Shown here in pieces: positions 32,289 through 40,965 of a stretch of 64,000 nt of DNA. This DNA is from a virus, in the IMG/VR virus record IMGVR_UViG_3300010218_000006, positions 1 to 64,000 of that record; one strand, 5' to 3'. A model generated the notes under the pieces. That model was not told the origin of the DNA. It did not search any database and saw only the letters and a list, made by a program, of their open reading frames with translations. The stretch's first letter is position 1; each line of letters begins with the position of its first letter. A program made the translations under genes and the position numbers.

Positions 32289-32536
32289 TGTGTCGCCTTG
32301 TATTGTTTCGCCATAAATTCATTAACACCATAGCCAAAAATAGTATCTGACGCAACATCTAACAGTCTTTCGACAAAGAATGTTTCATCGTCAAAATCTG
32401 TATATGTGTTTCCATCGGAATCAATCTTGTTTTCGCATGTGCTAAATACTGAGTGATTCTTAAAGCCAAGTGCGCGCATCGTGCTTTCGGCATCTTTACG
32501 CGACTTAAACGGGCCGGCAATAGTTTGAGTTTTCAT
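32285..32536 (-). CDS. hypothetical early protein
   Basis: 83-aa ORF downstream of the promoter at 32570-32598. Confidence 0.5.
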   Translation of the reverse strand: MKTQTIAGPFKSRKDAESTMRALGFKNHSVFSTCENKIDSDGNTYTDFDDETFFVERLLDVASDTIFGYGVNEFMAKQYKATQ

Positions 32537-32569
32537 ATGAGCGCCTTCAATGTATTAGCAGGAACCCAC

Positions 32570-32598
32570 AATATAGCAAGCTTTCCGCACACGTGCAA
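32570..32598 (-). promoter_or_regulatory. promoter TTGCAC-N17-TATATT
   Basis: The minus strand reads TTGCACGTGTGCGGAAAGCTTGCTATATT. Confidence 0.55.
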
Positions 32599-33045
32599 GA
32601 AAATTTTATTTTCTCTTATGCATTGACGACTGGGAAATTTAAGCGTAGATTCTGCAAATCGGCGTAAATCGACTGAGGAGAGTGTATTGCCTAAATATTT
32701 GTAATGTAACTTAAAACTATCATTAACGCGTTATCGATTGATTTATCAATCATAAGTAGGGAGACGGAATCGCCGAAGGGCATTAGTTGACATATCAACG
32801 ATTGACAATGCAAGTATTGACATCAAGCAACATCTGCGCCTGCGCGAAAATACACATGCACCATATATTCTCTATATTTCCGCTCGGGCGCGCGCATGAG
32901 AGTCGGTGTAGCAATTTTTCACATTGTGAAATGGCCCCATCAGAATCGACTTTACGATTTTCTGGAACGAGCATTTCTGCCTTACAGCAAAACTGCATAT
33001 ATTTTATATTGTATGCAAACTTAAGTGCATAAGTAGTAAGTAGAA
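32599..33045. other. ORF-poor region with TTGA/TCAA palindrome array, 15-bp-phased TTGACA triplet and AT-rich tract
   Basis: Contains GATTGAT-TT-ATCAATC (32736-32751), TTGACA at 32787, 32802 and 32817, TTTCACA-T-TGTGAAA (32917-32931), a GC block GGGCGCGCGC, and an AT-rich stretch at 32995-33015. Confidence 0.55.
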
Positions 33046-33408
33046 CTACTCATAAGGAAACGGCTCAATCACAGGAGCCTTAGTAAGATACTGAAAGTGT
33101 GTTACATTCCTGCCAAAGTTAATTGGACTACCGCCAACATACCCACGATACCAATAAGCATTACCTTCGTAGTCAATTTCCTTCAGCATTGCAACGCCTA
33201 CACGAATTGCAGGTTTCTTAAACAGCTCGCTCCAATATTTATCTGAAGTATTCAGTTCATCATTCTCCAACAACTGCACCCAAACATCCTTCGGAGGTAG
33301 GTTATTCACATCAAGCACAGGTATCCAGCGATAATCACATGTACGTACTTTCTTGCCTTGATCGAGGTAAACCTTCATCCAATCTTCTTCTGTTTTGATT
33401 GTCCACAT
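33046..33408 (-). CDS. hypothetical early protein
   Basis: 120-aa ORF with an AAGGAGCACCATAATG RBS. Confidence 0.55.
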   Translation of the reverse strand: MWTIKTEEDWMKVYLDQGKKVRTCDYRWIPVLDVNNLPPKDVWVQLLENDELNTSDKYWSELFKKPAIRVGVAMLKEIDYEGNAYWYRGYVGGSPINFGRNVTHFQYLTKAPVIEPFPYE

Positions 33409-33639
33409 TATGGTGCTCCTTATTAAATATTATTGAAGATCAAATTATGCCACACTTTATAGGCAAAGGTAGGGGAATGCTGCGTACATCTGGCCATACA
33501 TTCTGGAAATCGAGGAATCAGTCTCAAAAATTCAGGAATTCATTCCTAAAATCCAAAATAGCCTTCCCAATACCTAGAACATCCCTCAAGCATGCCTCGT
33601 ATGCTTGCGAGAACGGCCATAGAAGCGTTTAAATTGCTC

Positions 33640-33831
33640 TCAAGCTACCACCATAGCCTGAACAGGAATAAAGGGCTGTAAGCCTAGATACTCTGCGCCC
33701 CAGAAGGCCACTTGCGCTTTAAATGCGGATGCGGCGCGAGAACGGTAAGCATAATAGCTCCTGAAGTGCCTACTTCCATATTTCCCCACATACTTCCCCT
33801 CTCGCTTATTTCTGCTTTGTGTAATTTTCAT
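33640..33831 (-). CDS. hypothetical basic protein
   Basis: 63-aa ORF with a GGAGGATTTATG RBS. Confidence 0.5.
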   Translation of the reverse strand: MKITQSRNKREGKYVGKYGSRHFRSYYAYRSRAASAFKAQVAFWGAEYLGLQPFIPVQAMVVA

Positions 33832-33878
33832 AAATCCTCCAAATTATGTCCGAAAAATGTATAAGAATTTCTGACAAA

Positions 33879-34070
33879 TCACTTTCTCTCAATCCTGAAA
33901 GTAATTCCTTGCTCATCAATAACAATCCCTGCAACGTACTCGTCTTCACTAACAAGAAGCTCTCCTGCTTCCTTCATTGTACGGATAATTCTATTAAAGC
34001 TTGCAAAAGATATGACGCCACATTGATCTTCTACAGGAATGTTAGCACGTCCTGATAGTGTTATTTTCAT
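33879..34070 (-). CDS. hypothetical early protein
   Basis: 63-aa ORF, adjacent to the upstream stop. Confidence 0.5.
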   Translation of the reverse strand: MKITLSGRANIPVEDQCGVISFASFNRIIRTMKEAGELLVSEDEYVAGIVIDEQGITFRIERK

Positions 34071-34253
34071 TTATTGCTCCATAAACAGTTTGTTGCAGGA
34101 AGGGCACCCGTACACAGGAACACGATCTGTACTGTAGAAAGCCTTACGCTCAAGTTCAATAGGAAGTTGGTAGAATTCTCCTTCGCTCCCCTCTACAACA
34201 CCCATAACATCTCCGCTCCAGCCGTGCTCGTATTCACAATGTGGGCATTTCAT
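34071..34253 (-). CDS. zinc-ribbon protein (60 aa)
   Basis: Start moved to Met40 (AAGGAGAAAGAGATG). Contains CPHC...CPSC. Confidence 0.5.
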   Translation of the reverse strand: MKCPHCEYEHGWSGDVMGVVEGSEGEFYQLPIELERKAFYSTDRVPVYGCPSCNKLFMEQ

Positions 34254-34321
34254 CTCTTTCTCCTTCAAAATAATATGTGCCAAGAATACACTCCCTAGCA
34301 CATCCTTGTCAAGCTGAAAAT

Positions 34322-34513
34322 TCAGGAATTTGGTTTCAGAAACTGGAAGCGATAAGAGACATGCCCACATTCAGGTTGAAGACACTCCAAACGATTCCAC
34401 AGAAATCCTTTTCCTAGCATTGTGCTGTGGCAATGAGGGCAGAAACTTGAGAAGAACGCCCCCTCGTGGATAATCCTATTGGGAGGTGCTTTTGGAGTGG
34501 AAGGGACTTTCAT
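34322..34513 (-). CDS. zinc-ribbon protein
   Basis: Contains CPHCH...CLQPECGH. Confidence 0.45.
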   Translation of the reverse strand: MKVPSTPKAPPNRIIHEGAFFSSFCPHCHSTMLGKGFLWNRLECLQPECGHVSYRFQFLKPNS

Positions 34514-34531
34514 AGTATTTACTCACTTCTT

Positions 34532-34756
34532 TCAAAAATCTAAACTGACCTGTTGGTTCTTGAAATAATCTGGCTTGAACCTTTCGGAATTGGGGTTTCC
34601 ATTATATTCCCAAACCATTTCATAGCCATTACACTCGTAAAATTCTCGGGCTTGAAAGAAATGGTCCCAGTCATACGATGTTCCGTCAGGTTCACGACTC
34701 TTATACCAGACCTCCATCATATTCCCTGTAACAGAGATTTTCACAATTGGCTTCAT
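34532..34756 (-). CDS. hypothetical early protein
   Basis: 74-aa ORF with an AAGGAGAATATATG RBS. Confidence 0.55.
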   Translation of the reverse strand: MKPIVKISVTGNMMEVWYKSREPDGTSYDWDHFFQAREFYECNGYEMVWEYNGNPNSERFKPDYFKNQQVSLDF

Positions 34757-34765
34757 ATATTCTCC

Positions 34766-35326
34766 TTAATACTTCTTCCCACCAACAGACTGCCGAGCAT
34801 CTTTAGAATGGTCGATTCTTGAGCGATTATATTCCATCTTCTCCGCAATAGCTCCTCCAATATCATACCCATAAGCACCCGATAAGTCCATGATTCGAAT
34901 CACAGCATCGGCAAGCTCCACTTCAGCCATCTTTCGATGCGGCAGCTTATCGTCCACGCAGTCTTTCCTATCACCTTCCATAGCTTCCGCAATCTCTGAT
35001 ACGATTAGCATGAGCTTGTTACTGAATGTTAGAGGATTGTCTTTTGTAGGATTGCCTTCTGCATCATGCCACCACCCTGCATCGTAGGAAGCTGTGTGAC
35101 ACACTTGCTGGAGGAGGTTGGCTGCTGATTCTACCTCTGCTGCAACTGGCGTACAAGCTTCCGCAGGAATATAGTATTCTTTGTGTATTGCATTATATTT
35201 ACCATCTAAGTCTTGATGAATCTCTAGTACAACAAATTCATCCCCAAGAAACTTATCAATTGCCCAAGCATACGCAACTTTTTCATGAACAATCTTCACA
35301 CGTTGCCCGATTTTAAATTCTTTCAT
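34766..35326 (-). CDS. MazG-like nucleotide pyrophosphohydrolase with N-terminal SH3/KOW-like domain
   Basis: LIVSEIAEAMEGDRK...EVELADAVIRIMDL...AIAEKMEYNRSR is the all-alpha NTP-PPase pattern. Confidence 0.6.
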   Translation of the reverse strand: MKEFKIGQRVKIVHEKVAYAWAIDKFLGDEFVVLEIHQDLDGKYNAIHKEYYIPAEACTPVAAEVESAANLLQQVCHTASYDAGWWHDAEGNPTKDNPLTFSNKLMLIVSEIAEAMEGDRKDCVDDKLPHRKMAEVELADAVIRIMDLSGAYGYDIGGAIAEKMEYNRSRIDHSKDARQSVGGKKY

Positions 35327-35338
35327 AATCACTCCCAA

Positions 35339-35713
35339 TTAACTAAAAACAACCCAATACGCACTGTAAACTAATAGTAGGACTCCCCATGTAATTAGGG
35401 GAATTCCTATCCCCCATACGAGTGCACCTGAGGCAATCATACCGAATTCTCTACAGCCGTCCTTGTACTCTCGGTATATTCCAGTAGCAATACCTATAAA
35501 AATAAGTAATATTGTAATCTTTATAGCAATAATCTCAGAAGAAGACAGGGAAGAAGGGTACACAGTATTGACACAAGAAGCGTATTCTTGCATCTGTGAA
35601 ATTGAGGCTTTTGCACTGTCAAATACTTGAATCACACTCTTACAAGCCATTTCTTTAGCTTCTTGTGCTTGTTCTGCAGCAATCACTGCAATAGCTGTAG
35701 CTCCTGTGCTCAT
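35339..35713 (-). CDS. membrane protein
   Basis: 124 aa with at least two hydrophobic helices in the C-terminal half. Confidence 0.5.
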   Translation of the reverse strand: MSTGATAIAVIAAEQAQEAKEMACKSVIQVFDSAKASISQMQEYASCVNTVYPSSLSSSEIIAIKITILLIFIGIATGIYREYKDGCREFGMIASGALVWGIGIPLITWGVLLLVYSAYWVVFS

Positions 35714-35997
35714 TGCATTCCTCCTTTAAAATCATACTCATTCAAACTCTTCTCTCCCGAAAGCTGTGCAATACGTGAATGCAACACATCGTGCTCAGAA
35801 TAATATTGTGCAATTGTCTTGGCTTGATCCTGAGCAACAATCTGGAGAGCCTTAAATTTTTGATTAAGAGCTTCTACAGTGTTCCACATTGCTACCATAC
35901 ACTCGTCGTACAGGTCGAAACTATCCTGCTGCATATTGAGCAGGCTTTCCAGATACATCTGATGGCATTTGATGCCAATGTCGTCATTGTTGTTCAT
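35710..35997 (-). CDS. hypothetical early protein
   Basis: Start at Met8, which has a GAGGAGG RBS. Confidence 0.5.
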   Translation of the reverse strand: MNNNDDIGIKCHQMYLESLLNMQQDSFDLYDECMVAMWNTVEALNQKFKALQIVAQDQAKTIAQYYSEHDVLHSRIAQLSGEKSLNEYDFKGGMQ

Positions 35998-36158
35998 TAT
36001 TCTTCCTCCTCGCACCATTCAAGAATTTCATCAAAGCATTTCTCACACATCCCTGAAATCTGTGTCTCAGCAGCACCTTCTTGCGTGAACACGTTTTCTT
36101 TAGAGAACTCCTCTTTGCAACATACGCAGTTCGTATAATTAAGTACCTTTACAGTCAT
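35997..36158 (-). CDS. Cys-rich small protein
   Basis: Start at Met11 (AGGAGAGGAAGAACAATG). Contains CVCC...CEKC. Confidence 0.45.
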   Translation of the reverse strand: MTVKVLNYTNCVCCKEEFSKENVFTQEGAAETQISGMCEKCFDEILEWCEEEE

Positions 36159-36337
36159 TGTTCTTCCTCTCCTATAAAATAATTGCAATGTAGCCCATCG
36201 TGTTGGAGGCTATGAACAAAGGCTATTTGGCGTATTTGAATATCCTCTGGAAAATCAACATCTGTAAAGCGCAGACACTTCTCTTTGATTGTGCAGCCAT
36301 AGCCTCTGCACCGGCATGTGTCGTATGAGAGCTTCAA
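36155..36337 (-). CDS. Cys-rich small protein, first gene of early array
   Basis: 60-aa ORF downstream of the promoter at 36367-36395. Confidence 0.45.
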   Translation of the reverse strand: MKLSYDTCRCRGYGCTIKEKCLRFTDVDFPEDIQIRQIAFVHSLQHDGLHCNYFIGEEEQ

Positions 36338-36366
36338 GTATTCTCCTTGTGTTTGTTGACATACGT

Positions 36367-36395
36367 AATATATTCTGCGACATTCTTTCTGTCAA
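36367..36395 (-). promoter_or_regulatory. promoter TTGACA-N17-TATATT (early leftward operon)
   Basis: The minus strand reads TTGACAGAAAGAATGTCGCAGAATATATT. Confidence 0.65.
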
Positions 36396-36482
36396 GGAAA
36401 TGTTTGAGATTTGTCAAACAATGATGCCTAGAAACAACAATGTGACGTGGCTACAACAATTTCTCAAGCATGAGAATTTCTA

Positions 36483-36511
36483 TTGACACAGGGTATTTAT
36501 ACCAATAGAAT
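36483..36511 (+). promoter_or_regulatory. promoter TTGACA-N17-TAGAAT (rightward operon)
   Basis: TTGACACAGGGTATTTATACCAATAGAAT. Confidence 0.65.
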
Positions 36512-36538
36512 GAGCAACAATTCAACAAGGGAGGGCTT

Positions 36539-36835
36539 ATGAAAGCTAGCGATGTTTTAAGGAAGGCTGCTGAAGATATCAGTAATCAAATGAATTACGA
36601 CGATGCCAACGGGTGTTGTGATGCTATAGAGCATGCTTTCGGAGGCTGGCACGAGTACCCAGACGCCAAGTATCGTGCTTATGAGGATTTGAGAGATTTG
36701 TTTGAGAATGAGGAGGCGTACTGGTTTGGGCTACCTTGGACAGAAGACAATACAAGAGTAAATACAGAAGCACAAAACCACCGAATCATTGCCCTTCTGT
36801 TGACAGCAGATATGGCAGAAAGCGTGGGAGACTGA
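36539..36835 (+). CDS. hypothetical protein
   Basis: 98-aa ORF with a GGGAGGGCTTATG RBS. Confidence 0.55.
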   Translation: MKASDVLRKAAEDISNQMNYDDANGCCDAIEHAFGGWHEYPDAKYRAYEDLRDLFENEEAYWFGLPWTEDNTRVNTEAQNHRIIALLLTADMAESVGD

Positions 36836-36836
36836 T

Positions 36837-37043
36837 ATGACAGACAAAGAAAAATTGGAAAAGTTGCTGACGGAGTTTGGTGTAAAATTTAGTATTGGGC
36901 AACAAGAGGGCTGGCATGACACCATCACTGTGATAGAAAACTTGTACGACCGCAACTCAAAGGTAGGAGGCTATTGCGGTTTTTACACAACATTCGTCTT
37001 TGATAAAACTGGTAAATTTATTAGCATGGGAGCATGGGAATGA
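36837..37043 (+). CDS. hypothetical protein
   Basis: 68-aa ORF, coupled. Confidence 0.5.
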   Translation: MTDKEKLEKLLTEFGVKFSIGQQEGWHDTITVIENLYDRNSKVGGYCGFYTTFVFDKTGKFISMGAWE

Positions 37044-38077
37044 CTGAGCGAGCACTGGCAACAATTCGTAAGATTGACGAAATTAAGACACATCCTAACG
37101 CGAATGCATTGGACATTGCTGTTATTGACGGATGGCAATGTGTAGTCAAGCGAGACGAATACAAGGCAGGAGATATTGTAGTGTTTTGCGAAATCGACTC
37201 TTGGATTCCCGACAGCATTGCCCCATTTCTCAGTAAAGGTAAGAAGCCACGAGAATATGAAGGTGTTGCAGGAGAACGTCTACGTTCAATTAAGCTTCGT
37301 GGGGAGTTGTCACAGGGTTTGGTACTTCCTTTAACTGGCTTTGACGCTTACTTTAAAGACGCTGGTAAAACATTATTTAATGTCGGAGACGATGTTACAG
37401 TCTTCCTAAACATCAAGAAGTGGGAAAAGCCCATCAACCCGCAGCTTGCGGGGCTTGCAAGAGGAAACTTCCCGTCATTTATCCGCAAGACAGATCAGGA
37501 ACGCATTCAGAATCGATTTAAACGCATCTCTGAAGAACAGAAGCAAGACTTGTATGAAGTGACGTTGAAGATTGATGGAAGCTCTTGTACGTTCTACCAT
37601 AAAGATGGGGAAGTGGGAGTATGCTCTCGTAATCTTGAGCTGAAGACGGATGAGAGTAACGCTAACAATATGTACGTCAAAATGTTCAATGATCTTGGCT
37701 TGCGTGATAAACTGACTAATCTCGGCCTGAATATTGCTATTCAAGGAGAGCTTTGGGGAGCAGGGATCAACGGAAATTGGGAAGGTATTTCGGATGTCCG
37801 CTTTAATGTGTTCGACATTTTTGATATTGACAAACAATCCTATATGAATGCAACAGGTCGTCGCAATATCACAGAAATGCTAGGACTGGACCATGTACCC
37901 GTGATTGAGCATACAACTCTTGAAAAGTTCAACTCTGTTGCAGATTTTCTTGCTTATGCAGATCGTCCGAGCATTTATAATAAGGTTGCTGAAGGCGTGG
38001 TTTTCAAGTCTATTTCAGCCCCGGATTTCAGCTTTAAAGCAATCAATAATAATTTCCTTTTGAACGGAGGAGAGTGA
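37034..38077 (+). CDS. RNA ligase (N-terminal OB-like domain plus adenylyltransferase domain)
   Basis: Motif I KIDGSSC, EGVVFK (motif IV-like), and an N-terminal IKTHPNANALDIAVIDGWQCVV OB-like module as in DraRnl-type ligases. Confidence 0.65.
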   Translation: MGMTERALATIRKIDEIKTHPNANALDIAVIDGWQCVVKRDEYKAGDIVVFCEIDSWIPDSIAPFLSKGKKPREYEGVAGERLRSIKLRGELSQGLVLPLTGFDAYFKDAGKTLFNVGDDVTVFLNIKKWEKPINPQLAGLARGNFPSFIRKTDQERIQNRFKRISEEQKQDLYEVTLKIDGSSCTFYHKDGEVGVCSRNLELKTDESNANNMYVKMFNDLGLRDKLTNLGLNIAIQGELWGAGINGNWEGISDVRFNVFDIFDIDKQSYMNATGRRNITEMLGLDHVPVIEHTTLEKFNSVADFLAYADRPSIYNKVAEGVVFKSISAPDFSFKAINNNFLLNGGE

Positions 38078-38209
38078 ATGCCTACATTGTACGAAATCAT
38101 CAAGTCCTTGCAAACAACGCAAGGCAGTAATGCAAAGCAAGCAATTCTTGACGCGAACAAGAATAATGAGTTGTTGCGGGAGTATATGAAGGCTGTTGCA
38201 TTCTTCTAA
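38078..38209 (+). pseudogene. diverged relic of a DNA ligase 5' end (43 codons)
   Basis: MPTLYEIIKSLQTTQGSNAKQAILDANKNNELLREYMKAV aligns with the ligase N-terminus MELYNIIEQLKNAEGTKEKQRILDNNKDNELLKAYFKAI. About half the positions are identical by eye. Confidence 0.7.
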
Positions 38210-38217
38210 AATAAGTT

Positions 38218-39189
38218 ATGAAATTACCTAGTAATAAGAGGTTCATAAACCTTGAAAGCCGACAAATTGACGACATAACAGTTCTAAAATATATCGGCAA
38301 GAGCAAGAACAAACAATCTTTATACCTTTGTGAATGTGTGTGCGGCACGCGGGTAAGCCGCTCGTATTCGACACTTATAGGTAAAGGTAACCATAATTGC
38401 GGATGCAAAAAGAGGCTAAGATTTACTGCAAAGATGTCAAGAGGGTGGGAGCACCATGCGTACCAGATAGCTAATCTGATACCAAATTATTTTGCTGTCG
38501 ATGTTAAAGATGGGAAATGTACATCTAGCTGGAAATTTTATTGCAACGTTTGTGGAGAGTATTTTGAGCGGTCCCCAAATAGGCTTAAAAGGCATCCAGA
38601 CGTGTACCCATGCTCCTGTAGGTTTCTGATTAACGAAGACATCCAATCTGTTGAAGATGAAATAGGGACTGCCTGCGCAGCCGCAAACATTATTTTTGTC
38701 GGGTGGGTAACGGACAAGTACCTTGGAAGAACTAGCACATTTGTTCACGTAAGCTGCCCTGTACACAAGGACGTAAAGACTGTCTCAGTATCAGAGTTAA
38801 TAAACCACCAAACTGGTTTATTATGCTGTGCTACCAGAGGGTTTAAGACAAACCGTGAAGGCTATTTTTATCTGACTAGATGGAATACAGAAGATGGATG
38901 GTTTTTGAAATTTGGTATAACAAACAATGTCAAAAAGAGATTTAAGACGCAAAAATCTAAAACTTCTGTTGACGGTTGCCTACTACTTTCTGTAAAGTTT
39001 GATGTAGGCACATTGGCAAAACAACTAGAAGACGTGTTTAAGGAAAACTTTAAGGGCGGCTATGTAAGTAAGCAACTATTTCCAGATGGCTATACAGAAA
39101 CATTTGAAAGACTAAGGTTTTTAGAGGCAGTGAGCCTAGTAACAAACTTCATTGAAAAGGCGGGACATGGAACTCTACAATATTATTGA
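38218..39189 (+). CDS. homing-endonuclease-like protein (Cys-rich N-terminal domain plus T5orf172/GIY-YIG-superfamily C-terminal domain)
   Basis: CECVCG...GNHNCGC motif shared with 18932..19702. The C-terminus reads GYFYLTRW...FLKFGITNNVKKRF. Confidence 0.55.
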   Translation: MKLPSNKRFINLESRQIDDITVLKYIGKSKNKQSLYLCECVCGTRVSRSYSTLIGKGNHNCGCKKRLRFTAKMSRGWEHHAYQIANLIPNYFAVDVKDGKCTSSWKFYCNVCGEYFERSPNRLKRHPDVYPCSCRFLINEDIQSVEDEIGTACAAANIIFVGWVTDKYLGRTSTFVHVSCPVHKDVKTVSVSELINHQTGLLCCATRGFKTNREGYFYLTRWNTEDGWFLKFGITNNVKKRFKTQKSKTSVDGCLLLSVKFDVGTLAKQLEDVFKENFKGGYVSKQLFPDGYTETFERLRFLEAVSLVTNFIEKAGHGTLQYY

Positions 39190-40546
39190 GCAACTAAAAA
39201 ACGCAGAGGGTACAAAAGAGAAGCAACGCATACTCGACAACAACAAAGATAATGAATTGCTTAAAGCATACTTTAAGGCAATCCTTGATCCATCCGTGTC
39301 CTATTACCAAACAACTCTACCTAAGTTTGCAAACGCACCAGAATCTTGCCGGCTGCCTTTCAGATTTAGCACGCTTGATCTACTCAAATCTCTTTCTGAA
39401 AGACGTGTTACGGGAAATACTGCTAAAGAGTATCTTGCGCGTGGAGTGTTATCAATATCTGACGACGAAGCTCAAGAACTTATTGAGCACATCATCAAGC
39501 GCAAGATTGCAGGAGCAAATGTTGGAGAAACTGCGGTGCTGAAGACATGGCCCGGATTGTTCTTTGTTCCCGGATACATGCGCTGTAGTTTGATGACGGA
39601 CAAGATTCGCAAGCACTTTGAAGGGCTAGATGCAATTATCTGTCAAGTAAAGGCTGACGGATCGTTTCTGTACTTGATGAAGCGCCCGAATGAATACCCT
39701 AAGGCGTTCACCCGTAATGGTAACGCATACCCTCGATGGCTGGCTATACTGCTAGGAGATGGCTTGCCAGAAGGTGTGAATGTCGTCCTTGCAGGGGAGC
39801 TATTGGTATATCCAGCGGGGCAGTGTCAAGCGTTTCCGCTATCCCGTAAAGAGGGTAACGGAGTGCTGAATTCTGTCCTTCAGGGCGAGGACATTGAATC
39901 GTTTGATGAGTACAACTTCTGCATGCAAGCGTGGGATGCACTTCCTGTTAGGGATTTTGAAGAAGGCTTGTGCGAGATTGAGTACACTCATCGCTTCGAT
40001 AAGCTCTTAAAGTTCGCAGATGAGTGTCCTAACATCGAAGCGATTGAATCACACGTTGTCAACAATCTTGAGGAAGCCTACAAAATTTATTCCAAATACA
40101 CAGCAGCAGGCTTTGAGGGAGCTGTCATCAAAGACCCTTCGGCTCCTTGGAAGGATCACACAAGTCCTTTCAATGTCAAGCTGAAAATTGAGTTTGAATG
40201 TGAGATGAAAATCACAGGCTATTACGAAGGCGAAGGAAAAGCCAAAGGAATGCTGGGAGGCTACACAATGGCATCTTCTGATGACAAAATCGTGACGAAT
40301 GTCGGCTCAGGATTTTCTGACAAGCAACGTAAAGATGCGTGGGAAGCAATTTGCAACGGAGACTCGCCTACAGGATACATTGCCACAATCAAAGCGAATG
40401 ACATCATCTCGAAAGAGGGAAGCAATGTTGAGAGTCTGTTCCTGCCAATCTTTATTGAGCATCGCTATGACAAGAATGAAGCGGACAGTAGCGAACGCAT
40501 TCATGCACAATTGGAAGCCGTGAAGAATGGAGGGGTGAAATGCTAA
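39167..40546 (+). CDS. ATP-dependent DNA ligase
   Basis: Motif I QVKADGSF, GELLV (III), FEGAVIK (IV), NVKLK (V). Start set at Met6. Confidence 0.8.
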   Translation: MELYNIIEQLKNAEGTKEKQRILDNNKDNELLKAYFKAILDPSVSYYQTTLPKFANAPESCRLPFRFSTLDLLKSLSERRVTGNTAKEYLARGVLSISDDEAQELIEHIIKRKIAGANVGETAVLKTWPGLFFVPGYMRCSLMTDKIRKHFEGLDAIICQVKADGSFLYLMKRPNEYPKAFTRNGNAYPRWLAILLGDGLPEGVNVVLAGELLVYPAGQCQAFPLSRKEGNGVLNSVLQGEDIESFDEYNFCMQAWDALPVRDFEEGLCEIEYTHRFDKLLKFADECPNIEAIESHVVNNLEEAYKIYSKYTAAGFEGAVIKDPSAPWKDHTSPFNVKLKIEFECEMKITGYYEGEGKAKGMLGGYTMASSDDKIVTNVGSGFSDKQRKDAWEAICNGDSPTGYIATIKANDIISKEGSNVESLFLPIFIEHRYDKNEADSSERIHAQLEAVKNGGVKC

Positions 40547-40842
40547 ATTGCTACGGACTCGATGCACACTACTTCAAAGAGAAGCTGTCGTTAATTGTGA
40601 GAGACATCAATAGTTACACTCCCGAAGAACTGAAGCGAGAGCTTGAGAAGCTTGTTAATGTGTTGGACAGAGGGGAAGTGAATAAACATACTGAAGATGA
40701 ATTACCGACACGATATTCAACAGTAGCTTATATGGATGTTTTGGCCTTCAGTGATTTAGAGCACGAAATGTATTGCAATAAAATAGAAAACGTGTTAGGT
40801 GGTCTTTCCTTTGTTAATAGTGTTGAGTGTGGTGAGGTGTGA
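40540..40842 (+). CDS. hypothetical protein
   Basis: 100-aa ORF overlapping the ligase stop. Confidence 0.5.
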   Translation: MLNCYGLDAHYFKEKLSLIVRDINSYTPEELKRELEKLVNVLDRGEVNKHTEDELPTRYSTVAYMDVLAFSDLEHEMYCNKIENVLGGLSFVNSVECGEV

Positions 40843-40965
40843 ATAACCTTTGATTTTTGTCAACATCGGAACTTTTCTAACGGGTACAGTGTCTACATGG
40901 ACAGCGAAACAAAGAAACGCTTCCAGAAACAACTTACTTGACACAACCCCTTAAAGGAGAATCAC

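Noticed and set aside
32787-33032. ORFs 32787..33032(+) and 32795..32998(-) as genes; and the three TTGACA hexamers as promoters
   Set aside because: The ORFs are antisense to each other, lack RBSs and have Cys/His-rich odd composition. None of the TTGACA copies has a -10-like hexamer at 16-18 nt, so they are treated as binding-site or iteron candidates instead.
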